NCBI GenBank assembly: GCA_002269645.1
Contig: NIVC01000051.1
Span: forward strand, 310,001-374,000
Length of the DNA stretch: 64,000 nucleotides
From: Macrostomum lignano
Taxonomy: Eukaryota
Reading direction: 5' to 3'
Position numbers and translations under genes: made by a program. This document shows positions 51,611 to 64,000 of the stretch, one piece after another (the stretch's first letter is position 1; every line of letters begins with the position of its first letter). The notes below the pieces were generated by a model that worked only from the letters and a program-made list of their open reading frames with translations, ran no database searches and had not been told where the DNA came from.

Positions 51611-52579
51611 TACCCTTTCGATAGGGGTATTTTCTAATAAATTAAATGAGAAATTCTCCCTCTAGGACAGGAAAATTTCTTTTTTAAGAATGTTGAATCG
51701 TAATGAATTAGTGAGATGAAATGATCTGCATAAGCTTTTATCAGGAGTTCCAAGTTTTCGTTATTTTCTCTCTTTTTGAAGTATTTTTTGCTAATACATC
51801 GCTTTCGTCTCACACGCACTCTCCCTCATCGTATCTGTCTCCGTGGCGACTCCCCCAGCCATATACATTTAAACTTCATCTCTTAGGCAAATGCGATTGC
51901 CCGTGCGCCACATGGTAGAATATCAGCCACGCCTTGGCCTCATTTAGGGACAGCTCCGGTGCTACTCGGCAGTGTTTGCTCCAAGCAATGCGGAACCCGC
52001 CCGCCTGGCCGACTCGTCTGTCTGTCCGTTGTACTCAGGCGGACGAACTTTTCTGGGGGGAAAATTTGCTCAACACTAAACTGTGCCAGGTGGATTTGAT
52101 CTACAAAAACCGAAGCATTTTATGTTTGCTCAGCCTCATAAGGGATTAATTAGCGATAATCTGATAAATCGCTGTCACTGTAAATCCAATATAGGTGTTA
52201 CACGCTGCGGACCAACGAAAGAGCATCTCCCAGAGCTCTAGCTGGGATGACAAAACACGCAGACGAATTGGGAAAATGAAATTCGAAAGTTAGATGAAGG
52301 GTTATGATAGATTCGCTAAGGGAAACTGTAAATCTTTATCATCCAAGATTATCTCTACGGGGCATCGGAGAACCTTGTCGTTCTTTCAATCTGATCATCC
52401 ACGACGCTGAACAATCGACAGTTTCATCATCCAGCAAAACGATTTTGTTTTTGACAGTAAAATAAAATATTGTAAAAATACGGGTTTTTTATCTAGGCGT
52501 TGGCTTTGAGAAATAGACGATTTGTAACTCTTTCAACATGTAGAAAGCATAAATCCCGGATGTAAAAACCCACACTTAA

Positions 52580-53045
52580 ATACTCAGGTGACAGACATCC
52601 TGCTCTCGGATACTCAGGTGTGATTGATTGCAGACATCCTGCACTAAGATGCTCAGGTGGGATTGCAGACATCCTGCACTCTGATACTCAGGTGTGATTG
52701 CAGACATCCTGCTCTCGGAGACTCAGGTGTGATTGCAGACATCCTGCTCTCGGAGACTCAGGTGTGATTGCAGACATCTCGCACTCAGATACTCAGGTGT
52801 GATTGCAGACATCCTGCACTCAGATACTCAGGTGGGATTGCAGACATCCTGCACTCTGATACTCAGGTGGGATTGCAGACATCCCGCACTCTGATACTCA
52901 GGTGTGATTGCAGACATCTCGCACTCAGATACTCAGGTGTGATTGCAGACATCCTGCTCTCGGTGACTCAGGTGTGATTGCAGACATCCTGCTCTCGGAG
53001 ACTCAGGTGTGATTGCAGACACCCTGCACTCAGATGCTCAGGTGC
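52580..53045. repeat. 35-bp minisatellite (ACTCAGGTGTGATTGCAGACATCCTGCTCTCGGAG)
   Basis: About 13 copies. Confidence 0.93.
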
Positions 53046-53269
53046 AGCAGCTATTTTTAGTTGAAATGACATACAACACCTTAGCCGTGATAAGGACTTC
53101 AGTTGCGCAAACCATCCCATATTAGTATATTTGCTACAGTTTTAGAACTTTTTCCAGTTGTCAGGCGTACTGAACTTTCAACCGTCTGATAACACCGAAA
53201 TTGTGACAAACAGAACGTCTTCTAAGTTCAGCTGCACTTCAGCTACTTGAAGACTCCTTCGTTTGTAAT

Positions 53270-53889
53270 TTAGTACATAGAAGGCTCTTCCTGAACAATA
53301 GCTGATCGCTTGCCGAATCTGGCGTAGCCGCGTTTCCCGAATCTGGCGTAGCCGCGTTTCCCGAATCTGGCGTAGCCGCGCTTCCCGAATCTGGCGTAGC
53401 CGCGCTTCCCGAATCTGGCGTAGCCGCGCTTCCCGAATCTGGCGTAGCCGCGCTTCCCGAATCTGGCGTAGCCGCGCTTCCCGAATCTGGCGTAGCCGCG
53501 CTTCCCGAATCTGGCGTAGCCGCGCTTCCCGAATCTGGCGTAGCCGCGCTTCCCGAATCTGGCGTAGCCGCGCTTCCCGAATCTGGCGTAGCCGCGCTTA
53601 TCCAACGTGTCAAAGTCTCTTAGCAAACGCGTTTGTACGACGTCGCTATCTGTCAAAGAAAAAGTTCCATAGCTGTTGACATTTGGCTGCACTAAAGACA
53701 GCGACTGCGACTAAGGAAAGCAAAGCAATAACCCTAACCCCATCCCTAAGCATAAACTAAAAACTAAAACCGAGTACCAAACAATTCATGTGGGTAATAA
53801 AAAGTGTCACCTGTATCTTCTTGCGCAAGAGACGGCACGCTGAAGAACGCAATCAGCACCGCGGCCAGCAGACCCCACAAAAAGTTCAT
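53270..53889 (-). CDS. FMRFamide-like neuropeptide precursor: signal peptide + 12 x GYARFamide, 152 aa
   Basis: Exons 53889-53811 (MNFLWGLLAAVLIAFFSVPSLAQEDT, donor G|GTGACA) and 53649-53270 (acceptor TTTCTTTGACAG), phase 1. Twelve KR-GYARF-G-KR cassettes give dibasic cleavage sites and a Gly amidation donor. Confidence 0.93.
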
Positions 53890-53976
53890 CGTAGCCTTTG
53901 TACTTCAGTGGCCAGCAGCTGAGTTGAAACGGTCTGAATTGGCTGCTCTGCTATCTAATGTTAAAGTGGATCCAAA

Positions 53977-54492
<516 letters not shown>

Positions 54493-54524
54493 AGTTTATA
54501 TTATAAATGGGAGAATAAACTTAC

Positions 54525-54655
54525 CTGAGAGGCAACGTGTCGTGCTGAGACAGCGCAGATCTCTGAGGCATTCAGCTCCGAATCCCTTTATCCCGTTGCA
54601 GCTCGACCCTCCTCCATCCCCAGCAGCCAATGGTTACTGTGTGGCGCCCCCATCC
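54525..54655 (-). other. Candidate non-coding 5'-UTR exon of the neuropeptide gene
   Basis: Minus-strand acceptor TTCAATTCAACAG at 54656 and donor CAG|GTAAGT at 54524; stops in all three frames. Confidence 0.5.
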
Positions 54656-54792
54656 CTGTTGAATTGAAAATTTTAAGTGAGGCAAATATCGCCTCAGTCA
54701 ATTGAACTCAACCGTACAAAAGGCTTTTGAAAGTCATCGTCAAATAAATTAGCAAATTGCTTTTGATAGTCATTATTAGCCAGGCCATTTGC

Positions 54793-55622
<830 letters not shown>

Positions 55623-56092
55623 CCTTAGTCCCTCGTCCCTCCCCTGTCTCACTGGTGTCCCGCAGTTCCCTAACGGGAGCGGAAAGCCTGGTAACTTGTC
55701 GATAAGAAGGCAAGATATTAGAATATCTCCAGCTAACCAATGTTGCCATATCAGACGCTTTGATTGTTGGGAATATTGTACAGCCTTGGCTGGGATATCA
55801 GCAGTGAGAGAGAGAATGCGGAGTCCAAATCTTATCGCTAGCCATAGGTATGAATATTCAGAGAAATCAGTGCGCGGTGACTCTGATTGGCAATAAAAAC
55901 CCGCACCGAGTGGAAATATTGCAAAATCGTGCTGCATAAAATTCTCATGCGCACTGGCTTCGGTAACCTGTTCCTCACTAGCCGAGACTATATCAGTTTT
56001 ATCTGCTCAAGTATATTTCCTAGAAAGCTATCTCGGCTAGGACTGGTAATTCACTGTCATCATTATTATTACGAACTCAATAGTGGATCAAT

Positions 56093-59000
56093 ATGTGGAA
56101 CAGCTGGATCTGTCCGACTGATAGACAGCTGCGACTGAGGTCCAAGTAAGTGGATTTGTGCTGTTCAATTTGTTTTACTGGAATGTCCTGCTGAATGTTT
56201 GTTTGTGTCCTTGATGTATTGATGAGGGTTTGTGTCTTCAGGGTGTCACTTGTGACTATCAAGTGTGTGTGTCTAACATGTGTGTGTCTAACATGTGTGT
56301 GTCTAACAATTTTTGGTTGTGTCTAACATGTGTGTGTGTCTAACAGGTTTGTGTGTGTCTAACAGGTTTGTGTGTGTCTAACAGGTTTGTGTGTGTCTAA
56401 CAGGTTTGTGTGTGTCTAACAGGTTTGTGTGTGTGTGTCTAACGGGTGTGTGAGTGTGTGTCTAACAGGTGTGTGAGTGTGTGTCTAACAGGTGTGTGAG
56501 TGTTAAACAGGTGTGGGAAATTTTATTATCAAGTTGGCTAGCCTGAAAACTCAGCCTGGCCAGTGAAAGCACTCGGGGCATCCACAGAGCTCAATTATGT
56601 CATCGCACCCTCCTTGCTCAGACTGTCCAAGGGCTGGTGCAACATCTACCAGCATCGACCGACTTTTACAACCGAGGAGTTGCAATTAATGGACAGGGTG
56701 ATGCGGGACAATGAGGCACTGCAAGCTATGGAGAGAAACAGGATTCGGTGAGAGAGAAGTCGATTGCAACACTGCGATGTGGATTCTTTGTTCCTACCGA
56801 CACAGTGCCTTTGTAGACTTGGGAGTGGCTGCGGCTTCAGTGTTGTTGCGGCTTTGGGGTGACAGAGTGTTAGCGCGATTCAGCTGATATGCGACCCCTG
56901 CCGCATTGTGCCTTTGCACTGCTCAGCTGCCCTATGCTGCTCTGCAGTGCCGTTGCCAGGATCCTGGCTGCTGCATCTCTCACTAATCTCCCTGCCCTTT
57001 TGATTTTCATCGCCTCTCCTCTCCTCTCGTCTCCTCTCCTCTCCTCTCCTCTCCTCTCCTCTCCTCTCGTCTCCTCTCCTCTCCTCTCCTCTCCTCTCCT
57101 CTCCTCTCCTCTCCTCTCCTCTCGTCTCCTCTCCTCTCCTCTCCTCTCCTCTCCTCTCCTCTCGTCTCCTCTCCTCTCCTCTCCTCTCGTCTCCTCTCCT
57201 CTCCTCTCCTCTCCTCTCCTCTCCTCTCCTCTCCTCTCCTCTCCTCTCCTCTCCTCTCCTCTCCTCTCCTCTCCTCTCCTCTCGTCTCCTCTCTTCTCCT
57301 CTCCTCTCCTCTCCTCTCCTCTCCTCTCCTCTCCTCTCCTCTCCTCTCCTCTCCTCTCCTCTCCTCTCCTCTCCTCTCCTCTCCTCTCCTCTTCTCTCCT
57401 CTCCTCTCCTCAGTACTCCCCTCTCTCCCCTGTCTCTACACACTCTCTTTTTTTCCTCTCTTCTATCCTGCTCTCCTTACTCTTCACTGATCCCTAGCTA
57501 GTATGTTGTGCTCACCTGTCAATAAACTACTCATTGTTTTCAATTTTGTCAGATTTTTTATTTTAACTATTCGCTCACAGTCGCCCTGGCAACAAAGTCA
57601 GTCTACTTAGCTAGCATTTTCTCAATGAACCGTGGCCTCTGCCGGAATCTACGAGTACTCTACTCTCTTCTCCATTTCCCAGCGCCAGCAAGCACTGAAT
57701 CCTACTTTGTCCATCAGTCAATTACTTAAAGCTTTTGTCCCGCACCCTTAAAACGGCGATTGTGTCCTTCTAAGCTAATTGGAGTTTTGCTCGGTTGACT
57801 AGTTTGAGTAAATTGTGACTCCCCTGATGGGCCCGAGCTCGAAGCCTGCTAAAAGCCTTAAAAGTACCGACCATTGTCGCCATAAAATGTCAAGCAATTC
57901 AAAGCCATGAAGAGAAATTGCTTTTCTCTGTTGAGCTTTCCCGCGGTTCAAGAGGACTGGAAGAGGCCGGGGCATCCACCCCACGTAGCTTACAATATTA
58001 CTCATAATCTTATATGCATTTAGCCAATGTCGTATGACCATTGCCATCTAGCTATCTTCTAGTTTGCTTGTCCTAGTGTGTGAGTGTCTTGAATGTCTTA
58101 GTCACTCAGTGTCTTTAGAGTCTTATAGTCTTAATGTCTTACGATAACTATTCTTTATAGATTAATATTTCCGGTGACCTCTAGTAAAAACTCAGTCTAA
58201 AGCTACACACTAAACAAAAAGTAAAGAGTTTTTCTTAAAGACCACCTTGATAAGTTTTTTTGGCTTATTTTCTCCTTCTCCTTGTTCTCCTTCCATCCTC
58301 TCCGTTTGTCTTCTTTCACTTCCTTTCCCCTTTTCCTCTTCGTAGCCATGGGGCACCATTTTTGCTATTGGCGCTTGACCACTCTAATGGTGAGTTGCAT
58401 ATAATGAATAACAAAAGTTGTTGGCGCTGGTCTATCTATAGTACGAGACGACTTACAAGACCCACCTGGATTGGTCGCGTAGTTGTGAATTGATTCGCAA
58501 ACCTCATCGTCGGTATTAATCCGCACACACACGGCCCTGGCTCAGTCCCTACGCTTTCGTGTTTTAGTGTCTGACTGTCTGTCTGAGCGTTTTATTGCCA
58601 TCAAGTCTTCCAGTCATAGTGTCAGTCAAAGTGTCGGTTATAGTGTCGGTGATGGTGTCGATGATTGTGTCGGTTATTGTGTCGGTCATAGTGTCGGTTA
58701 TAGTTTCGGTGATAGTGTCGATGATAGTGTCGGTTATAGTGTCGATGATAGTGTCGGTTATTGTGTCGGTAAAAGTGTCTGTGATAGTGTCAATCATAAT
58801 GTCGGTCATAGTGTCGGTCATTGTGTCGAATATATCGTAGGTCTTAGTGTCAGTGATACGCTCGTAGTGTCAATTATAGTGTCGGTTATTGTGTCGATTA
58901 TAGTGTCGGTCATAGTGTCGGTGAAAGTTTTGGATATAGTAACGGTGATACTGTCAGTCATTGTGTTGGTCATAGTATCGGTCATAGTGTCGGTTATAGT

Positions 59001-62000
59001 GTGGGTCAAAGAGTCGGTCATAGTTTCGGTCATAGTGGCTGTCATAATGTCAGTCTCTCAGACTCGAACCCCAATCCCACCGCCTCAGGCACTACATCTC
59101 AAAGCTGGAGTCGCTGAAGTCGCTGGCCCGAGGAGACGGTCACAGCCGCTGCCTGCTGTGCGGTGACCGAGTGTCAGACTCGCTACTGATGCGGCTGCTG
59201 CCGAAGGTTCACCGCCGACTGCGGTGCTGCGTCTGCGGTCTGGTGAGTCGGATGCTTGATCAGTTTCAGGCTGAGCTCAGACGAACCACCTCAGTTGCCC
59301 TGGTTGAACCTAAAAAAATGTCTTAAGCTAAAGTGCAGTCGCAGATTCACGCTGACTCAAATATGAAGGCTCAATAAGGTAGTTGCTACATTCTCAGCTC
59401 GGCTAGAGCAGTATTGAAAACAATTATTTGCTACAAAATGCCTTTGTGTGCCTTTTTTTTCCAATTTTCACATCTAAGCGACACATTTCTTATCTTTGCG
59501 CACTTTCGAATAGCTTTTTTAGCAAAATTGTGCGTTCATTACACCGCACCGCAGAAGACACTCCAGACAGGCAAAGATCTCAGAGTGCAGAGTCTTTTCT
59601 TTGCGAATGTTTACATGCCGGAGGGGCGCCAACGAAGCGCTTAAATGACGACTCGAAGGCAGCATCAAAGGACAAACTGATGTCGACAAAAAGTCATGCC
59701 AATTTGAGGGCCTTCAGAACACGCTTTGGGAAGCGTTATACCTCCTCCATGTCTCACTCTCCCCCTGTCTCACTCTCCCCCCTGTCTCACTCTCCCCCCT
59801 GTCTCACTCTCCCCTCTCCCTGTCTCCCTCTCCCTGTCTCCCTCTCCCTGTCTCCCTCTCCCTGTCTCCCTCTCCCTGTCTCCCTCTCCCTGTCTCCCTC
59901 TCCCTGTCTCCCTCTCCCTGTCTCCCTCTCCCTGTCTCCCTCTCCCTGTCTCCCTCTCCCTGTCTCCCTCTCCCCCTGTCTCACTCTCCCTGTCTCACTC
60001 TCCCCCTGTATTCCTCTCCGTCTCCCTCTCCCTGTCTTCGTCTCCCTGTCTCCCTCTCCCTGTCTCCCTCTCCTTTTCTCCTTCCTCCTTTCTCCCTCCT
60101 CCTGTCTTCCTCCCCCTGTCTCCCTCCCCCTGTCTCCCTCCCCCTGTCTCCCTCCCCCTGTCTCCCTCTCCCTGTCTCCCTCTCCCTGTCTCCCTCTCCC
60201 TGTCTCCCTCTCCCTGTCTCCCTCTCCCTGTCTCCCTCTCCCTGTCTCCCTCTCCCTGTCTCACTCTCCCCTGTATTCCTCTCCGTCCCCCTCTCCCTGT
60301 CTCCCTCTCCTTGTCTCCTTCCTCCTTTCTCCCTCTCCCTGTCTCCCTCTCCCTGTCTCCCTCTCCTGTCTCCCTCTCCCGGTCTCCCTTTCCCTATCTT
60401 CCTCTACCTGTCTCCCTCTCCCCTGTCTCTCTCTCCCCTGTCTCCCTCTCCCCTGTCTCCCTCTCCCTGTCTCCCTCTCCTGTCTCCCTCTCCCGGTCTC
60501 CCTTTCCCTATCTTCCTCTACCTGTCTCCCTCTCCCCTGTCTCTCTCTCCCCTGTCTCTCTCTCCCCTGTCTCCCTCTCCCCTGTCTCCCTCTCCCCTGT
60601 CTCCCTCTCCCCTGTCTCCCTCTCCCCTGTCTCCCTCTCCCCTGTCTCCCTCTCCCTGTCTCCCTCTCCTGTCTCCCTCTCCCGGTCTCCCTTTCCCTAT
60701 CTTCCTCTACCTGTCTCCCTCTCCCCTGTCTCTCTCTCCCCTGTCTCTCTCTCCCCTGTCTCCCTCTCCCCTGTCTCCCTCTCCCACAGTCCCCTACCCT
60801 CTCCCTATCACCCAAAACCATGGGACTCGCCTACTTCACACAAAATGCATTAAAAAGCACATTAAAAAGGCTGCTTAAACGACCAGACCGCATGTTATCT
60901 TTTGTGTCTGAGCTGTTTTGTGTATTAGTATAGTGCTTTAGCAAAACCCCTATTTCTGTACAAAAATTTTCAGTCTACTTGCGTAAAGTGCGGCACGAGA
61001 CCTCATGGTCATCATCGCAGACACAAGAGCTCAATCGAGCAGTTGCACTACTCAAGCAGATTGAAATCTCGCTCCTTAGATCGAGTCGAACCTCAGACCT
61101 CGCCAAATGATTGGCAGTGCAAAATCTGTCACAAAGAGATTCAGGTAACTCTTTTAATCCGGTTTTTTGCGGTAAAAAATTTGATTTTTTTGTCTAAGTA
61201 TATCGACAGATAAAAACTCAAAAATTCTTCAAAAACCATTTTTTTCGACGCTACTTAATCATAAGCAAGTAAACTCCTTTTCGAATAAGCACTGCATAAA
61301 ATAAACATCCTAGGATATCGACATAAAGAAACATATACAGTTAAACTGCCTATCAAATTAACTCTCATTTAATCATAAAATTGATCCGATAAACTCTATT
61401 AGATTAACATGCTGTTGAATGGTTTCCAATATTTCCAATATCCAACATTCCGTTGGATAGGAAAATTATTAGATAAACACCCTATTGGATAAACACCATA
61501 TTAGATAAACACCCTATTGGATAAACACCCTATTGGATAAACACCCTATTAGATAAACACCCTATTGGATAAACACCCCCTTGGATAAATACCCTATTGG
61601 ATAAACACCCTATTGGATAAACACCCCCTTGGATAAATACCCTAATAGATAGACACCCTATTAGATAAACACCATATTAGATAAACACCCTATTGGATAA
61701 ACACCCTATTGGATAAACACCCTATTGGATAAACACCCTATTGGATAAACACCATATTGGATAAATACCCTAATAGATAGACACCCTATTAGATAAACAC
61801 CCTATTTGATAAACATCCTATTGGATAAACATCCTATTGGATAAACACCCCCTTGGATTGACATCGTGTTAGATAAACGTCCTATTGGATAAACACCTCA
61901 TTGGATAAACATCCTATTGGATAAACACCCCATTGGATTGGATAAACACCCCGTTAGATAAACATCCTATTAAATAAACATCCTGTTCAATAAACACCCT

Positions 62001-63350
62001 ATCAAATAAACACCCGATCAAATAAACACCCGATCAAATAAAAAAGCACCTGCTTTAAATAAACAGTACCAAAATGCTTAGTAAACACTCTAACAAATAA
62101 ACACTCCGTCATGTACACATAAACACCAATAAAAACATTATCTTTTCAGCTGTGGAAGAAATCAGGCGCCTGGTTTTATCAGCGGCTGCCAGTTTCAGCA
62201 GCTGGAGTGGACAGCGAAGAGATCTCGCAGAAAAGCGACCACATCTCGGATACAGAAGCCGAAGCCGAGCCGATGCTTCATCCTTGTAAGAATACCGACT
62301 GCTGTTATTTCTACTTACAGTAGGCAGTGCCTCATTTGCACGGTTCGGGGGAAAAATACAATTTTGGAAAATTAACTTACAGATAAAGGATAGAAGCTTT
62401 TGGCGAAATTCACAGAACAGAGCAGTAGAAAGCGCGCCCGACTCTCGCGCCACGTGACAACTTGGTTGATCCCGTGCGCGGCCGTATTCATTTGGCGCCG
62501 GCCAAAAATGAACGCGAAAAACCAGAAATAAAAGTACATTCACAAAGTATACCTGCACAAGAAGGTGCATCAGAAAGGCGCAAGATGAAACACCGGGTGA
62601 ATTAAGGAGGCGCCGGGTGCATCAAGGAAGCGCCATGGGAGATCAAGAAAGCGCCATGGGAGATCAAGGAAGCGCCATGGGGGATCAAGGAAGCGCCATC
62701 GGAGATCAAGGAGGCTCCAGGTGCATCAAGGAAGCGCCATGGGAGATCAAGGAGACGCCAGGTGCATCTAGGAGGGTGCCAGGTGCATCTAGGAGGGCGC
62801 CAGGTGCATCTAGGAGGGCGCCAGGTGCATCAAGCAAGGAACCAAGTACATTAAGGAGGCGCCAGGTGCATCAAGGAAGCGCCATCGGAGATCAAGGAGG
62901 CGCCAGGTGCATCAAAGAAGCGCCATCGGAGATCAAGGAGGCGCCAGGTGCATCAAGGAAGCGCCATGGGAGATCAAGGAGGCGCCAGGTGCATCAAGGA
63001 AGCGCCATCGGAGATCAAGGAGGCGCCAGGTGCATCAAGGAAGCGCCATGGGAGATCAAGGAGGCGCCAGGTGCATCAAGGAAGCGCCATGGGAGATCAA
63101 GGAGGCGTCAGGTGCATCAAGGATCATGGCTCAAGTCGGCAATATACATGTAGGCTATTAATTAATGTTGATAATGCACGCAGCAAGATCAGAGTATTCA
63201 ATGCATACATATACGAGTTAACCTCCTCTCCATCAATGAGTGCGCGGGAAGCGGAGAGTTTCATACCTCCATATAAACTGCTCACTTCCTATAGTCAGCC
63301 TCCCCCCTTCGCATCCGACCGATGATGCTGATTGGCAAAATATAATCTAA
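56093..63350 (+). CDS. RPH3A: Rabphilin / Noc2-family Rab3/Rab27 effector (Rab-binding domain with zinc finger); last exon tentative
   Basis: Phase-consistent exons 56093-56145 (MWNSWICPTDRQLRLRSK), 56622-56747 (LSKGW...ERNRIR), 59089-59242 (GDGHSRCLLCG...CCVCGL), 60974-61144 (STCVKCG...WQCKICHKEIQ), 62150-62285 (LWKKSGAWFYQRLP), candidate last exon 63295-63350. WxCPxDRQLxLR, four CxxC pairs and SGAWF(F/Y) are rabphilin/Noc2 hallmarks. RPH3A versus RPH3AL cannot be resolved here. Confidence 0.88.
56262..56510. repeat. Intronic (GT)n-CTAAC composite repeat
   Basis: GTGTGTGTCTAACA(T/GGTTT) units of about 17-21 bp. Confidence 0.85.
57013..57410. repeat. Intronic (CTCCT)n pentanucleotide repeat
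   Basis: About 80 units. Confidence 0.97.
58600..59050. repeat. Intronic degenerate 12-bp repeat (ATAGTGTCGGT(C/T))
   Basis: About 35 degenerate units directly upstream of the 59089 exon. Confidence 0.88.
59740..60790. repeat. Intronic pyrimidine-rich 14-15-bp repeat (CTCCCTGTCTCCCT)
   Basis: Source of the 501-aa and 375-aa ORFs. Confidence 0.93.
61470..62040. repeat. Intronic 16-bp minisatellite (TTGGATAAACACCCTA)
   Basis: About 35 units. Confidence 0.93.
62600..63125. repeat. 21-bp-based repeat with a 42-bp dimer (GCGCCATGGGAGATCAAGGAG + GCGCCAGGTGCATCAAGGAA)
   Basis: Two alternating monomer types. Confidence 0.88.
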
Positions 63351-63780
63351 TGAATCCTGACAATAATCCCTCCCTCACTCTATATCAGCCTGTGAGCCAC
63401 CTGGGGCGGAGCTTAAACAAATTGGACAGAGGTGGCTTAGAAACAGCGGGGGGGGAGAAGGGGTGAACAGGGACGCACTTTGGGACGAGAGAGTCAAGGA
63501 CATCTATCCATATGCAAAACCTGGAGTTGAAAGCTTCGCCATCAAAACATTCAGCTTGTGTTTAGAATGAGATGTTTTTCGAATATTTAATCCCTTTAGC
63601 ATTGAGCAATTTCTTAGCCAAGACGCGTATACCATCACGTGATCGAATGGTGCAAATTTGAAAAAAATCGATTGAGTCGTTTTTCTGAAATCAATACATA
63701 TGATTCCTAGCCATGTGCGTCACTCTCAAAATCCGTCAATCTGATGATACAAAAAATCGATTTAATAATTGATTACATCC

Positions 63781-63970
63781 GCCCTATAGGCGGGAGGTCG
63801 CCACACACAGCCTCAATTACCCCAGCTAATGCTGGCACCCATTTTACAGCTGGGTGAACTGAAGCAATGCAGAGTTGAGTGTCTTACTCAATGACACAAA
63901 TTGTTCCTAGTGGGTCGGGAATCGAACTCCCGACCTTCAAATCGTGAGTCCGAAGCTCCAACCACTAGGC
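63781..63970 (-). mobile_element. CORE-type tRNA-derived SINE (5' end slightly truncated)
   Basis: Reverse complement reads GCCTAGTGG (A box)...GTTCGATTCC (B box)...TGTGTCATTGAGTAAGACACTCAACTCT...CAGTTCACCCAGCTGTAAAATGGG, resembling the MIR/CORE domain. Confidence 0.75.
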
Positions 63971-64000
63971 AGAGGGTGGACAGCGGTCCTGACTTTCTAA

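Noticed and set aside
50850-52450. GC-richer patches that look exon-like
   Set aside because: No frame gave a recognisable motif or a consistent splice chain.
54713-54790. [25 protein letters not shown] as the neuropeptide signal exon
   Set aside because: Phase fits, but 53889-53811 encodes a much better signal peptide next to the peptide exon.
56889-57497. Signal-peptide-like start followed by LLSSP repeats
   Set aside because: Lies in intron 2 of the rabphilin-family gene and is mostly (CTCCT)n.
58564-59166. Thr/Asp-rich or Val/Ser-rich repeat proteins
   Set aside because: 12-bp repeat open in several frames; the real exon (59089-59242) is in another frame.
59428-60933. 501-aa Cys/Pro-rich keratin-associated-like protein
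   Set aside because: Translation of an intronic CT-rich repeat between the 59242 donor and 60974 acceptor.

Overview
This is eukaryotic (animal) genomic DNA with spliceosomal GT-AG introns and GC-rich exons in an AT-rich, repeat-dense background. By my rough tally about a quarter of the window (about 16 kb) is tandem repeat, and most long ORFs in the supplied track are just translations of those repeats. Manual splicing supports eight host genes: a shootin-1-like coiled-coil/poly-Pro/WH2-type gene (+, 14.6-19.3 kb, 5' incomplete), ARL5 (+), a CSRNP/Axud1-family gene (+), a divergent PPP-family phosphatase (+, 6 exons), a DUF229 gene (+), an intronless two-domain metallothionein (-), a neuropeptide precursor with a signal peptide and 12 copies of GYARFamide (-), and, head-to-head with it, a rabphilin/Noc2-family Rab effector (+) that is almost invisible in the ORF track. 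Mobile DNA includes a 3.9-kb Chapaev-type DNA transposon (322-bp TIRs, 4-bp TSD, one nonsense codon), two hAT-type MITEs, a 1.1-kb TIR element inserted in a satellite, a foldback element, a decayed Gypsy element, a tRNA-derived SINE with a 14-bp TSD and a CORE-SINE. The GYARF peptide resembles flatworm GYIRFamide, so a flatworm (e.g. Macrostomum-like) source is plausible, but that is inference. Family calls come from recalled motifs, not database searches. There is no CRISPR, rRNA or bona fide tRNA gene. The most interesting item is the divergent neuropeptide / dense-core-vesicle-effector gene pair at 53.3-63.4 kb.
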